Positions 1-9,256 are shown, counted from the stretch's first letter. The stretch: 24,000 nt of DNA from Anoxybacillus pushchinoensis (GCF_900111795.1 NZ_FOJQ01000011.1:15220-39219); one strand, 5' to 3'. The notes: a model not told the origin generated them from the letters alone. Made by a program: numbers and translations.

Positions 1-868
1 TTGTTACCGCTGTAAAGTTTGGAGCGTGCTTTAATACACCGGCAATAAACTGTAATGCTGTTTCACTTAGTTGTAGTTGACCGTTCGGATCAAAAAAGGC
101 ATTTTCACCATTTTTAAAGAGCGACAAGTTACAATGCATACCCGAACCATTCACACCAAAGAGCGGCTTTGGCATAAATGTCGCATGCAAACCGTGTTTA
201 CGTGCGACTGTTTTAACAACAAGTTTAAATGTTTGGATGTCATCACACGCTTTTACCGCATTAGCATACTTAAAGTCAATTTCATGTTGTCCTGGCGCAA
301 CTTCGTGATGGGATGCTTCAATCTCAAATCCCATTTCTTCTAATTCTAATACGATATCGCGACGGCAATTTTCCCCTAAATCTGTTGGTGCTAAATCAAA
401 GTAACCGCCATTATCATTTAATTCCAGCGTCGGTTCACCTTTTTCGTCTAGCTTAAATAGGAAAAACTCCGGCTCTGGACCTAAGTTGAATTCTGTAAAT
501 CCGAGTGCTTCCATTTCTTTCAACACCCGCTTTAAGTTATAACGCGGGCATCCTTCGAATGGGGTACCATCTGGATTGTAAATGTCACAAATAAAGCGTG
601 CCACTTTTCCTTTTTCAGCTGTCCACGGGAAGATAACGAATGTATCTAAATCTGGATATAAATACATATCTGATTCTTCAATACGAACAAATCCCTCGAT
701 CGACGACCCATCAAACATCATTTTATTATCGAGCGCCTTTTGCAATTGACTTACAGGAATTTCTACGTTTTTGATCGTACCGAGAATGTCTGTGAACTGC
801 AAGCGAATATACTTTACATTCTCTTCCTTTACAATACGAAAAATGTCTTCTTTTGTGTACTTAGCCAT
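1..868 (-). CDS. glnA: Glutamine synthetase type I, N-terminal ~289 codons; the 3' end lies beyond the window start
   Basis: Manual minus-strand translation from the ATG at 868 gives [38 protein letters not shown]...[15 protein letters not shown]...[11 protein letters not shown]. It stays open to position 1. SD GGGGGAGGAA lies upstream. It sits directly downstream of glnR, as in the Bacillus glnRA operon. It is absent from the ORF track because no stop falls in the window. Confidence 0.95.
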   Translation of the reverse strand, partial: MAKYTKEDIFRIVKEENVKYIRLQFTDILGTIKNVEIPVSQLQKALDNKMMFDGSSIEGFVRIEESDMYLYPDLDTFVIFPWTAEKGKVARFICDIYNPDGTPFEGCPRYNLKRVLKEMEALGFTEFNLGPEPEFFLFKLDEKGEPTLELNDNGGYFDLAPTDLGENCRRDIVLELEEMGFEIEASHHEVAPGQHEIDFKYANAVKACDDIQTFKLVVKTVARKHGLHATFMPKPLFGVNGSGMHCNLSLFKNGENAFFDPNGQLQLSETALQFIAGVLKHAPNFTAVT

Positions 869-928
869 ACATATTCCTCCCCCAGAATGAAAAAGATTAT
901 TTATGTTTATGTTAAAAACATAAATTTC

Positions 929-1333
929 TTAATGGAAAAAGCGAGCGATGTCCCCTTGGCGGAGCGATGCACGATTAAAACGGCCCGCTTGCATTAATTC
1001 GGTACGCAACAATTTGCGTAGCTCTGCCTCTGACAAATCTTGCTTCACCACTTTTGGTGAAACGGATGGCGTTGTCTCAAAGTGCTGTTGTTGACGTGAG
1101 GCGAAAATTTGTTTAATCCCCGCTAAATTAACCCCTTGCTCGATGAGGTCTTTAATTTCAAGCAAGCGATCTACATCATTAAATGAAAATAACCGACGAT
1201 TGCCTTCCGTACGAGCAGGTGAAACAAGACCGTGTTCTTCATAATAGCGGATTTGACGTGCTGACAAATCGGTTAACTGCATAACGATGCCAATTGGAAA
1301 CAACGGCATGGAGCGACGAATTTGACTATTCAT
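929..1333 (-). CDS. glnR: MerR-family nitrogen regulator GlnR
   Basis: 134 aa. [37 protein letters not shown]...[23 protein letters not shown] closely resembles B. subtilis GlnR as I recall it. SD AAGGAGGGG lies 5 nt before the ATG. It is immediately upstream of glnA. Confidence 0.93.
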   Translation of the reverse strand: MNSQIRRSMPLFPIGIVMQLTDLSARQIRYYEEHGLVSPARTEGNRRLFSFNDVDRLLEIKDLIEQGVNLAGIKQIFASRQQQHFETTPSVSPKVVKQDLSEAELRKLLRTELMQAGRFNRASLRQGDIARFFH

Positions 1334-1364
1334 GTCGACCCCTCCTTACGTAATACGTATTTTT

Positions 1365-1393
1365 ATTTTATTATATGTTAGTTTATATGTCAA
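1365..1393 (-). promoter_or_regulatory. Putative sigma-A promoter of glnRA (TTGACA-17-TAAAAT on the minus strand)
   Basis: The minus strand reads TTGACA (plus 1388-1393), a 17-nt spacer, then TAAAAT (plus 1365-1370), about 30 nt upstream of the glnR ATG. Confidence 0.55.
1376..1392 (-). promoter_or_regulatory. GlnR/TnrA box, promoter-proximal (one mismatch), overlapping the -35
   Basis: Minus strand TGACATATAAACTAACA against consensus TGTNAN7TNACA has one mismatch. Its centre is 23 bp from the distal box. Confidence 0.45.
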
Positions 1394-1398
1394 TGAAA

Positions 1399-1415
1399 TG
1401 TTACGTTTCATTACA
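1399..1415 (-). promoter_or_regulatory. GlnR/TnrA box, distal, perfect match to TGTNAN7TNACA
   Basis: Plus strand tgttacgtttcattaca is TGTTA-N7-TTACA. It lies upstream of the glnR promoter. Confidence 0.65.
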
Positions 1416-1434
1416 TATTTTTTTCTGAAATATT

Positions 1435-2703
1435 TTATAATTGAATTAATCGTTTTTCAAGCAATCGGTCAACAGCCATACAAACAGCAATTTTCACGTG
1501 CGAATACGTGAGACCCCCTTGTACGTACGCAACATACGGTGGTCGAATTGGTCCATCGGCTGATAGCTCGATGCTTGCCCCTTGTACAAACGTCCCTGCC
1601 GCCATAATGACATCATCCTCATAACCCGGCATGTAATTCGGATATGGAGTAAAATGCGAATTGACAGGGGAGGCGAATTGAATGGCTTGACAAAACGCTA
1701 TCATTTGCTCTGCTCCATCAAATTGCACGGACTGAATCAAGTCCGTACGCTTCGCATCCCACGTCGGATACGTATTCATTCCGATTCGTTCAAGCATTGC
1801 TGCAGTAAACACGGCACCTTTCAACGCTTGTCCAACGGTATGGGGGGCCAAGAAAAAGCCTTGATACATTTCTTGCAAACTGTACAAAGAGGCGCCTGCT
1901 TCCGCACCAATTCCTGGCGAGGTCATACGATAAGCACACATATTGATATATTCTTTTTTACCGACGAGATATCCTCCTGTTTTCGCTAATCCACCACCTG
2001 GATTTTTAATCAATGAGCCGGCGATTAAATCAGCACCAACATGACATGGTTCTCGCTCCTCAACGAATTCACCATAACAGTTATCAACAAAAACAACAAC
2101 ATCTTGTTTAATTGTTTTAACAACATCAATCATTTGTTTGATTTCAGCAATTGTAAACGAAGGCCGAGGATCATATCCTTTTGAACGTTGAATGCCGATC
2201 ATCTTCGTCCGACTGTTGATTGCTCGTTCGACTGCTTCAAAATCAACTTTTCCTTCTGAAGTAAGCGGCACGCTGTTATAACCAATATGAAACTCTTTTA
2301 ACGAACCGATTCCTTCGCCGCGAATGCCGACGATTTCTTCTAGCGTATCGTACGGTTTTCCAGTAATATACAACAATTCATCCCCCGGACGTAACACACC
2401 AAACAGCGCGATCGTAATCGCATGTGTACCGGAAATGATTTGTGGGCGGACAAGCGCCGCTTCCCCACCGAATACGTCTGCATACACTTTTTCAAGTGTG
2501 TCACGTCCTATATCATCATAGCCATACCCTGTAGACGGAATAAAATGTGCATCGCTCACTTGATGACGACGAAAACTTTGCAGTACACGATATTGATTAT
2601 AATCAATGCGAGCATCAATCGCCTGATGAATCGGTGCGATTTGTGCCTCAATTTCTTTGACAAGTGTAGAAATCGTTTCTCCATGTGTTAAATGCTCAAA
2701 CAT
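1435..2703 (-). CDS. ynbB: PLP-dependent Cys/Met-metabolism-type enzyme of the YnbB / 'aluminium resistance protein' family
   Basis: 422 aa. It sits between hflX and glnR, as ynbB does in B. subtilis. Length and sequence are family-like (…LIKNPGGGLAKTGGY…). SD GAAAGGGG precedes the ATG at 2703. Confidence 0.85.
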   Translation of the reverse strand: MFEHLTHGETISTLVKEIEAQIAPIHQAIDARIDYNQYRVLQSFRRHQVSDAHFIPSTGYGYDDIGRDTLEKVYADVFGGEAALVRPQIISGTHAITIALFGVLRPGDELLYITGKPYDTLEEIVGIRGEGIGSLKEFHIGYNSVPLTSEGKVDFEAVERAINSRTKMIGIQRSKGYDPRPSFTIAEIKQMIDVVKTIKQDVVVFVDNCYGEFVEEREPCHVGADLIAGSLIKNPGGGLAKTGGYLVGKKEYINMCAYRMTSPGIGAEAGASLYSLQEMYQGFFLAPHTVGQALKGAVFTAAMLERIGMNTYPTWDAKRTDLIQSVQFDGAEQMIAFCQAIQFASPVNSHFTPYPNYMPGYEDDVIMAAGTFVQGASIELSADGPIRPPYVAYVQGGLTYSHVKIAVCMAVDRLLEKRLIQL

Positions 2704-2716
2704 AGCAAGCCCCTTT

Positions 2717-3964
2717 CTATTTGTTGTATATTCTTAGTTGTAACAGTAATGGATGTTCCGACAATATGTAGCCGCTACATTCATACATGCCACTTTGTTC
2801 ATTGTAATATATGTGCTGCACAATTGTTTCTGATTTTAGCTGTGCGAGCATTTTCCCCTCAAATGCAGGAATCGCTATATCGTAACGTTCCATCGCTTCG
2901 ATCATGTGTGTTTCAATAAATCGGCGCAGCTTTTGTACATCTTGTTCACTAAACGCACTTACTAATATATAGTCTGTTTTCGAGCTTGGAACAAAGCTTG
3001 GAAGAGTGATATCACGTTTGTTATATACAGTAGCGATTGGAATGGTCGTCGCCTCCAATTCTTCAAGTAAACGATAAACGGTTTGTTCATGTTGAATATA
3101 ATCCGGATTCGATGAATCGACAATATGTAAAATAAAATCCGCTTCTTTCACCTCTTCTAACGTCGAACGAAACGCTGCCACAAGAGTAGTTGGTAAATCT
3201 TGAATGAAACCGACCGTATCCGTCAAAAGCGCCGTATAACCGCTTGGCAACACCAATTTGCGCGTGAGCGGATCTAATGTAGCAAACAATAAATTTTCTT
3301 CAAAAGCATTGGCGTTCGTTAGTCGGTTAAAAAGTGTCGATTTCCCTGCGTTTGTATAGCCGACGAGCGCAATTTGAAACACAGCATTTTTTTTCCGCCG
3401 CTCTCGATATCTCCCTCGATGTTCAACAACAGCCTTTAACTGTGCTTTAATTTCGTCAATTCGGCGACGAATGTGACGACGGTCTGTTTCTAACTTTGTT
3501 TCCCCTGGTCCTCTCGTTCCGATTCCGCCACCTAATCGGGAAAGTTCTGTTCCTTGTCCGCTTAAGCGTGGCAGTATGTATTGTAATTGTGCAAGCTCAA
3601 CTTGCAATTTTCCTTCTTTTGAGCGCGCGCGGCTTGCGAAAATATCTAAAATAAGTTGCGTTCGGTCAATGATGCGCACGTTTAACAACTTTGTTAAGTT
3701 TCGATTTTGACTTGGCGACAGTTCATCATTAAAAATAATGACGTCTGGCTCAAATTGTTCCACGAGACGCACTAGTTCCTCCACTTTTCCTTTTCCAATA
3801 TAAGTAGCTGGATGAACCGTTTCCCGCTTCTGCGACAGACTAATGATGACCTCACCGTTTGCTGTATGAACGAGGGAAGCAAGCTCTTCCATCGAATACA
3901 AAAATCGTTCATCATCAACATGCGGTAATTGACACCCAACAATAATTACTCGTTCTTTTTGCAT
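2717..3964 (-). CDS. hflX: Ribosome-associated GTPase HflX
   Basis: [12 protein letters not shown]…, G1 motif [15 protein letters not shown] set the start at the internal ATG 3964, which has SD GGAAAGAGGG. The track ORF's additional 105 codons upstream have no homology signal and run antisense into the TRIC gene. Confidence 0.9.
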   Translation of the reverse strand: MQKERVIIVGCQLPHVDDERFLYSMEELASLVHTANGEVIISLSQKRETVHPATYIGKGKVEELVRLVEQFEPDVIIFNDELSPSQNRNLTKLLNVRIIDRTQLILDIFASRARSKEGKLQVELAQLQYILPRLSGQGTELSRLGGGIGTRGPGETKLETDRRHIRRRIDEIKAQLKAVVEHRGRYRERRKKNAVFQIALVGYTNAGKSTLFNRLTNANAFEENLLFATLDPLTRKLVLPSGYTALLTDTVGFIQDLPTTLVAAFRSTLEEVKEADFILHIVDSSNPDYIQHEQTVYRLLEELEATTIPIATVYNKRDITLPSFVPSSKTDYILVSAFSEQDVQKLRRFIETHMIEAMERYDIAIPAFEGKMLAQLKSETIVQHIYYNEQSGMYECSGYILSEHPLLLQLRIYNK

Positions 3965-3997
3965 ATTTTCCCTCTTTCCTGTTGAACATCTGTTCTC

Positions 3998-4006
3998 ATC
4001 ATAACA
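3998..4006 (-). promoter_or_regulatory. Candidate extended -10 (TGTTATGAT) for hflX-ynbB
   Basis: The minus strand reads TGtTATGAT about 35 nt upstream of the hflX ATG. The -35 is poor. Confidence 0.3.
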
Positions 4007-4043
4007 AATCTCATTTAAAAGTGCTATGGTTGAAAAATGGCCG

Positions 4044-4072
4044 TTGATTTTTTCATATTTTATACATAAAAT
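4044..4072 (+). promoter_or_regulatory. Putative sigma-A promoter TTGATT-17-TAAAAT for the TRIC-family gene
   Basis: TTGATT at 4044-4049, a 17-nt spacer, TAAAAT at 4067-4072. The ATG follows about 38 nt downstream with SD GAAAGGA. Confidence 0.45.
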
Positions 4073-4109
4073 TTTAACGTAATGTGACATCACAGAAAGG
4101 ATTACGATC

Positions 4110-4718
4110 ATGACTTGGGAAGTATTAAGTATGATTGGCACCATCGCCTTTGCGATTAGCGGAGCCATTGTTGCTATGGAAGAAGAATACGATATTTTAG
4201 GTGTGTACATCCTCGGAATTGTAACGGCATTCGGCGGCGGTGCTGTACGCAACGTATTAATCGGCGTACCTGTATCCATTCTATGGCAACAACAAACACT
4301 TTTTTTGATTGCGTTTATCGCGATGACGATTGTCTATTTATTCCCGCAAAAAATGTTGCCGCATTGGCAACGTTGGGGCAACTTTTTCGACGCCCTCGGA
4401 CTTTCAGCTTTCGCCATTCAAGGGGCACTATATGCCGTTCAAATGAATCGACCATTAAGCGCAGTTATTGTTGCTGCTGTACTAACAGGAAGCGGAGGCG
4501 GAATGATTCGCGATGTATTAGCAGGAAGAAAGCCTCTTGTATTACGTGATGAAATTTATGCTGCTTGGGCCATTGTAGCTGGCGTTGCGGTTGGAACAGG
4601 CATTGCACACTCCTCAATTAGCCTGTATGTATTGTTTGTTGTCGTTGCCGCGTTGCGCATTTTATCGTACACATATAACTGGAAATTGCCGAATAAATCA
4701 TTAAAATTAGGGAATTAA
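4110..4718 (+). CDS. Trimeric intracellular cation channel (TRIC) / UPF0126 'glycine transporter' domain membrane protein
   Basis: 202 aa and strongly hydrophobic. It has two internal repeats, each with a G-rich motif ([14 protein letters not shown] and [14 protein letters not shown]), typical of the UPF0126/TRIC family. It is the only plus-strand gene in the window. Confidence 0.85.
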   Translation: MTWEVLSMIGTIAFAISGAIVAMEEEYDILGVYILGIVTAFGGGAVRNVLIGVPVSILWQQQTLFLIAFIAMTIVYLFPQKMLPHWQRWGNFFDALGLSAFAIQGALYAVQMNRPLSAVIVAAVLTGSGGGMIRDVLAGRKPLVLRDEIYAAWAIVAGVAVGTGIAHSSISLYVLFVVVAALRILSYTYNWKLPNKSLKLGN

Positions 4719-4750
4719 AACAGGGGACCCAAATACCGTCCCCTGTTTTT
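4719..4750. terminator. Bidirectional rho-independent terminator between the convergent TRIC and thiolase genes
   Basis: Stem AACAGGGGAC (4719-4728) pairs with GTCCCCTGTT (4738-4747) around a 9-nt loop. A U-tract follows on the plus strand and A-rich sequence sits on the other side. Confidence 0.7.
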
Positions 4751-5904
4751 TACTGTCCCCACCGCTCGACAATGGTCGCGGTTGCCATGCCGTGCCCGAT
4801 ATAAATCGTTAATAAGCCGTAGCGCCCCTTTCGTCGTTCGAGTTCGTGAACGAGCGACGTCATCAGTTTCACACCCGTTGCCCCAAGCGGATGACCTAAC
4901 GCAATCGCACCACCGTTGACATTTACTTTGGAAAGTGAAACGCCAATTTCTTTTTGCCAAGCAAGGACGACAGACGCGAACGCTTCGTTAATTTCAATGA
5001 GGTCGATAGCGTCCATTGTGAGATTCGCTTTTTGTAATACTTTTTTCGTTGTCGGAATGACACCATCTAGCATGTACGTCGGATCAGAGCCAACAACTGT
5101 TTGAGCGACAATTTTTGCTTTCGGCCTCAAACCGAGTCGAATCGCTGTTTCCCGCTCCATGAGCAACACCGCCGCCGCACCGTCGCTCATTTGGCTTGCG
5201 TTCCCAGCAGTAATTTTCCCGTTTTGTTTAAAGACCGGCTTCAATGCTGCCAGCGCTTCAAGCGACGTATCTTGGCGCGGCCCTTCATCAATTGTCACGA
5301 TGATGTCGTTCCCATCTTTATCAAGCCCGATGACCGATACCATTTCTTCGATGAAACGACCTTCTGCTTGCGCCCGAAGCGCCCGCTGGTGGCTTTCGTA
5401 CGCATATGCATCTAACTGTTCTCGTGTCAATTCGTATTTTTCAGCAATCAGTTCGGCAGAAACACCTTGGTGGACGAATTCGTATTTTTCATGGAGCGAC
5501 GGTGGAATCGTTTGCTCGTTTCCATCGCTTAAAATCGGAACTTTTGTCATACTTTCCACCCCAGCCGCAATCGCGATGTCCATATCGCCTGATTTAATTT
5601 CCTGCGCAGCGAAATGAAGCGCCTGCTGGCCTGAACCGCACATCCGGTTAATTTGCACCGCGGGAACTTCTATCGGAAAGCCTGCCTCAAGCGCTGCTAA
5701 ACGCCCGATATTATACCCTTGCTCGCCAATCGGCGTTACGCATCCCATCACAATATCTTCAATCAATTGCTTTTCCACCCCAGCACGCTTAACAACTTCC
5801 TCAAGCACAATGGCCGCTAAATGAACCGGATGTTTGTCGCGAAACACCCCGTTTCGCTTGCCGACAGGAGTGCGTACCGCTTCGACAATGACTACTTCAC
5901 GCAT
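4750..5904 (-). CDS. Acetyl-CoA C-acetyltransferase / 3-ketoacyl-CoA thiolase
   Basis: MREVVIVEAVRTPVGKRNG…NRMCGSGQQA…GHPLGATG…IGHGMA are thiolase hallmarks. I preferred the ATG at 5904 because of SD AGAAGGGA. An alternative ATG at 5922 overlaps the hbd stop as ATGA. Confidence 0.9.
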   Translation of the reverse strand: MREVVIVEAVRTPVGKRNGVFRDKHPVHLAAIVLEEVVKRAGVEKQLIEDIVMGCVTPIGEQGYNIGRLAALEAGFPIEVPAVQINRMCGSGQQALHFAAQEIKSGDMDIAIAAGVESMTKVPILSDGNEQTIPPSLHEKYEFVHQGVSAELIAEKYELTREQLDAYAYESHQRALRAQAEGRFIEEMVSVIGLDKDGNDIIVTIDEGPRQDTSLEALAALKPVFKQNGKITAGNASQMSDGAAAVLLMERETAIRLGLRPKAKIVAQTVVGSDPTYMLDGVIPTTKKVLQKANLTMDAIDLIEINEAFASVVLAWQKEIGVSLSKVNVNGGAIALGHPLGATGVKLMTSLVHELERRKGRYGLLTIYIGHGMATATIVERWGQ

Positions 5905-5918
5905 GCTTTTCCCTTCTT

Positions 5919-6764
5919 TCATTCGTATGTGTAAAATCCTTTGCCTGTTTTTCGTCCGAGATGCCCTGCTTCGACAAGTTTACGGAGCGTCTGTGGCGGA
6001 CGAAACCGGTCGCCATATGCTTCTGTCATATTTTCGCTGACAAACAACATCGTATCTAACCCGACTAAATCGGCAAGTTCAAGCGGTCCCATCGGATAAT
6101 TCAGCCCAAGGCGAATCGCTTTATCGATATGCTCTGCGGAAGCGATTCCTTCTTCGTACATGCGAATGCATTCGATCATATGTGCAGCTAGCGCTCTTGT
6201 TGTCACAAATCCTTGCATATCTTTTACGATGACTGTTTCTTTGCCGATGGATTCCGATAGCTGTTGAATCGCTTCAATCGTCTGCTCGGACGTCGCCACG
6301 CCTTTCACAATCTCAATGAGCTTCATTACTGGCGCTGGATTAAACCAATGCATGCCGACGACTTGGCTCGGACGCTTCGTCGCTGCAGCAATCGCCGTAA
6401 CGCTTAATTCCGACGTATTTGTCGCTAAAATCGCTTCTTGTTTCGCATAACGGTCAAGCTGTTCAAACACTTGTTTTTTGAGCGGCAAATGTTCTGGCAC
6501 CGCTTCGACGACAACATCTGCTTCTTTTACTGCTTCTTGCAAGTTCGTTTCCGTTTGAATGCGAGAAAGAATAGCCGATGCCTCTTGTTCTTGTAGTTTA
6601 CCAGCCTTGACAAAACGAGAAAGGCTTTTTTGAATGGACTGTATTCCTTTTTCAAGCGCCGCATCAGAAATATCGTATAAATAAACTGTTTTTCCGCCCA
6701 TCGCTAACGACTGGGCGATGCCGCTTCCCATTAAGCCAGCACCGATGACTGCAATTGTTTGCAT
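5919..6764 (-). CDS. 3-hydroxybutyryl-/3-hydroxyacyl-CoA dehydrogenase (NAD-binding)
   Basis: 281 aa. MQTIAVIGAGLMGSGIAQ is a Rossmann GxGxxG motif, followed by a C-terminal 3HCDH domain pattern (…NRLLxPY-like region, GRKTGKGFYTYE). SD GGGGGGAG lies upstream. Confidence 0.9.
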   Translation of the reverse strand: MQTIAVIGAGLMGSGIAQSLAMGGKTVYLYDISDAALEKGIQSIQKSLSRFVKAGKLQEQEASAILSRIQTETNLQEAVKEADVVVEAVPEHLPLKKQVFEQLDRYAKQEAILATNTSELSVTAIAAATKRPSQVVGMHWFNPAPVMKLIEIVKGVATSEQTIEAIQQLSESIGKETVIVKDMQGFVTTRALAAHMIECIRMYEEGIASAEHIDKAIRLGLNYPMGPLELADLVGLDTMLFVSENMTEAYGDRFRPPQTLRKLVEAGHLGRKTGKGFYTYE

Positions 6765-6776
6765 CCCTACTCCCCC

Positions 6777-7124
6777 CTATTGAACGTTTGTAAAATAATC
6801 GCGCAGTTGTTCACGTAATTTCATTTTTAAAAATTTTCCGACACTCGTTTTCGGAATTTCACTCATAAAGACGATGTCATCTGGCAGCCACCATTTCGCA
6901 AATTGCGGACGTAAAAAGTCGTATAGCTCCTCTTTTGTCACATGTTTTCCTTCTTTTACTACGACGCAAGCGATCGGGCGTTCTTGCCATTGTGGATGCG
7001 GCACGGCAACAACTGCTGCTTCAAATACCGCTTCATGCGCCATAAGCGCATTTTCTAAATCGACAGACGAAATCCATTCCCCGCCGCTTTTAATGACGTC
7101 TTTCGTCCGATCGACAATGTAATA
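6777..7124 (-). pseudogene. 3' remnant (~115 codons) of a second AMP-dependent acyl-CoA ligase; it has no N-terminal domain and no native start
   Basis: This frame reads [50 protein letters not shown]…[18 protein letters not shown]. That corresponds to the hinge plus C-terminal subdomain of an adenylate-forming enzyme. The ~420 codons expected upstream are absent. The track ORF (88 aa, from M at 7043) is only its tail. Confidence 0.75.
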
Positions 7125-7588
7125 AACGTTTTTTGTCCGTTGACAATATAATGGTCGCCTTGTTTCACCGCCGTTGTTTTGATACCTGCTAAATCAGAAC
7201 CTGCGCCTGGTTCGGTCATCGCAATGGCGGTGATGAGTTCTCCGGATACACACTTCGGTAGCCATTTCTTCTTTTGTTCTTCTGTGCCGTACGATGCGAT
7301 ATACGGAACGACGATATCGTTATGCAAGCCGATGCCGACAAGGCTAGCCCCTACTCTTTCTAACTCCTCATTGATAACGACCGAATAGCCGAAATCGGCA
7401 CCAAATCCACCGTACGCTTCATCTACCCACGGACAAAGAAATCCATTCTCTCCCATTTTCCTCCAAAACTCCCGTGGAATGATTCCTTGTTTTTCCCATT
7501 CCGCATAAAACGGGTACGCTTCTTTTTGCAAAAACTTTCGGAACGCCTCCCGAAAAATGTGATGTTCTTCATGCAAATAGGTTGCCAT
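7055..7588 (-). pseudogene. Truncated acyl-CoA dehydrogenase: 157 N-terminal codons, then a 20-codon out-of-frame tail
   Basis: MATYLHEEHHIFREAFRKFL…[37 protein letters not shown] matches the ACAD N-terminal and early middle domains. After codon 157 (7118-7120) the reading frame enters the ligase remnant out of frame ([20 protein letters not shown]). About 220 expected C-terminal codons are missing. Confidence 0.75.
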
Positions 7589-7600
7589 GTTGTCCCCACC

Positions 7601-9160
7601 TTATGATTGCGCCATTTTTTTCATTTGTTCGCGCAATAAAAACTTTTGGATTTTTCCGCTCGCATTGCGTGGCAGTGCCTCTACAAAATAGTACGCGCGC
7701 GGTCGTTTGTACGGAGCCAGCTTGTCGCTTTGTTTGCAAAACGCCTCTAATTGTTCAGCGGTAAGCTGTTGGTCTTTTTTGACGACGAAAGCAACGACTT
7801 TTTCTCCCCATAGCGCATCTGGCTCTCCAAGCACTGCGACATCAAGCACGCCTTCATGTTCGTAAAGCACGTCTTCTACTTCACGCGGATAGACATTTTC
7901 GCCGCCGCTAATAATCATGTCATCGACGCGGTCGGCAACGTATAAATACCCGTCTTCATCCATGTAGCCTAAATCGCCAGAATGATACCAACCTTTATAC
8001 ATCGCTTTTTCCGTCGCATCTTCGCGATTGTAGTAGCCAACCATCATGCATGAGCCTTTGACGATAATTTCGCCGACTTCTCCTGGCGGTAAAATGTCAT
8101 CGGGGTCAGACGGTTCGTCTTCGCGCGGTTTGGCGATGCGAATTTCATGGTTTAAACACGCACGCCCAGCAGATCCGGCTTTCGTTAACTGCTCATCTTC
8201 GTACAAGAACGTCACAGCTGGTCCCATTTCCGTCATGCCGTACGCTTGGATTAAATCAATGCCTAACCGCTCTTTGCATTCTTTCACAAGCACTGGCGCC
8301 ATCGGAGCAGCTCCGTATAATCCGATGCGAAGCGACGATAAATCATAATCGGACAATTTTTCTTGCAAAAGCATATTCCACATCGTCGGTGCGGCAAATA
8401 AGATTGTAATTTGTTCTTGTTCGATGACCGTTAATACTTGTTTCGGGTCGAAATGATGAACAATCACGTTTGTTGCGCCAGCATGGACGCGCGGAAGGAA
8501 GCAACAATGCAATTCTGCGCAATGGAACATCGGTGCGGTGACAAGCCCTCGCTCTGTTTCGCGAATGCGCATCACAGAATTACAAATTAAGCTTTGCTCG
8601 ACCATGTCGCGATGTCGATGCATCACTCCTTTTGGCCTTCCTGTCGTTCCGCTTGTGTACATAATCGCATACAAGTCACGTTCAGAAACATCGATGGCTG
8701 GAAGCACGCTATTTGCTCGTTGGGTTTGTCCGTGATAGGAAACAGCGTACGCTGGCGCTTGCCCGTCAATGACCCAAAAAGAAACGTGTGGAAATTCATG
8801 ATGAATGGCTGTAATTTGTGGTTCAACTGCTTGTTCAAATAACACGATTTTTGGGGTAGCATCCGTTAAAATGTAAGCGATTTCTTTCGGTCGTAAACGA
8901 AAATTAATCGGGTTAAAAACAGCGCCGATTTTCGCACACGCAAAAAAAGCAGTGGCAAGTTCTGCCGTATTAAATAACACGGTCGATACACGATCTCCTT
9001 TTCGGACTCCCGCTTCTAAGAAAGCGTTTGCAAGTTTGTTCACTTCTTTTTCCCATTGTTCGTACGTATAGCGAAGTCCTGTACGGATATCTACAAGCGC
9101 TTCTTTTTTCGGGAATTTCCTTACCGACTGTGAAAATAACTCTCCGATCGTAATGTACAA
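7601..9160 (-). CDS. AMP-dependent acyl-CoA synthetase/ligase (fatty-acid-CoA ligase family), full length
   Basis: 519 aa. It has the AMP-binding motif YTSGTTGRPKGV, then GYGMTE-like QAYGMTE, and C-terminal …ISGGENVYPREVE…PRNASGKIQK. The start is TTG at 9160, preceded by SD GAGGAGGG at a 6-nt spacing. Confidence 0.88.
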   Translation of the reverse strand: MYITIGELFSQSVRKFPKKEALVDIRTGLRYTYEQWEKEVNKLANAFLEAGVRKGDRVSTVLFNTAELATAFFACAKIGAVFNPINFRLRPKEIAYILTDATPKIVLFEQAVEPQITAIHHEFPHVSFWVIDGQAPAYAVSYHGQTQRANSVLPAIDVSERDLYAIMYTSGTTGRPKGVMHRHRDMVEQSLICNSVMRIRETERGLVTAPMFHCAELHCCFLPRVHAGATNVIVHHFDPKQVLTVIEQEQITILFAAPTMWNMLLQEKLSDYDLSSLRIGLYGAAPMAPVLVKECKERLGIDLIQAYGMTEMGPAVTFLYEDEQLTKAGSAGRACLNHEIRIAKPREDEPSDPDDILPPGEVGEIIVKGSCMMVGYYNREDATEKAMYKGWYHSGDLGYMDEDGYLYVADRVDDMIISGGENVYPREVEDVLYEHEGVLDVAVLGEPDALWGEKVVAFVVKKDQQLTAEQLEAFCKQSDKLAPYKRPRAYYFVEALPRNASGKIQKFLLREQMKKMAQS

Positions 9161-9256
9161 AAAAATCCCTCCTCACTTTTTTGTATCAATATAGATAATA
9201 TTTTTTATTTTCAGACTATATTCTACGAAATAAAAAGAAAACCCTTCTTTCGTACA

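Noticed and set aside
3965-4109. Possible glycine riboswitch upstream of the UPF0126 'glycine transporter' family gene
   Set aside because: This family is often glycine-riboswitch controlled. Here the putative promoter leaves only about 38 nt of leader. The 145-bp divergent region is AT-rich and has none of the conserved GGAGAG / CACCG-type riboswitch cores.
3965-4279. A 105-codon N-terminal extension of the hflX ORF (track ORF 2717-4279) that overlaps the plus-strand TRIC gene by about 170 bp
   Set aside because: The extension ([19 protein letters not shown]…) has no GTPase or HflX-like features and no SD. It is simply the antisense frame of the hydrophobic TRIC gene. The internal ATG at 3964 has a strong SD and gives a protein of normal HflX length.
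9161-9256. Sigma-A promoter or FadR operator for the ligase-hbd-thiolase cluster
   Set aside because: The region is very AT-rich, with several TATATT/TAGAAT-like hexamers but no convincing -35 partner and no FadR-like inverted repeat. Any call would be arbitrary.
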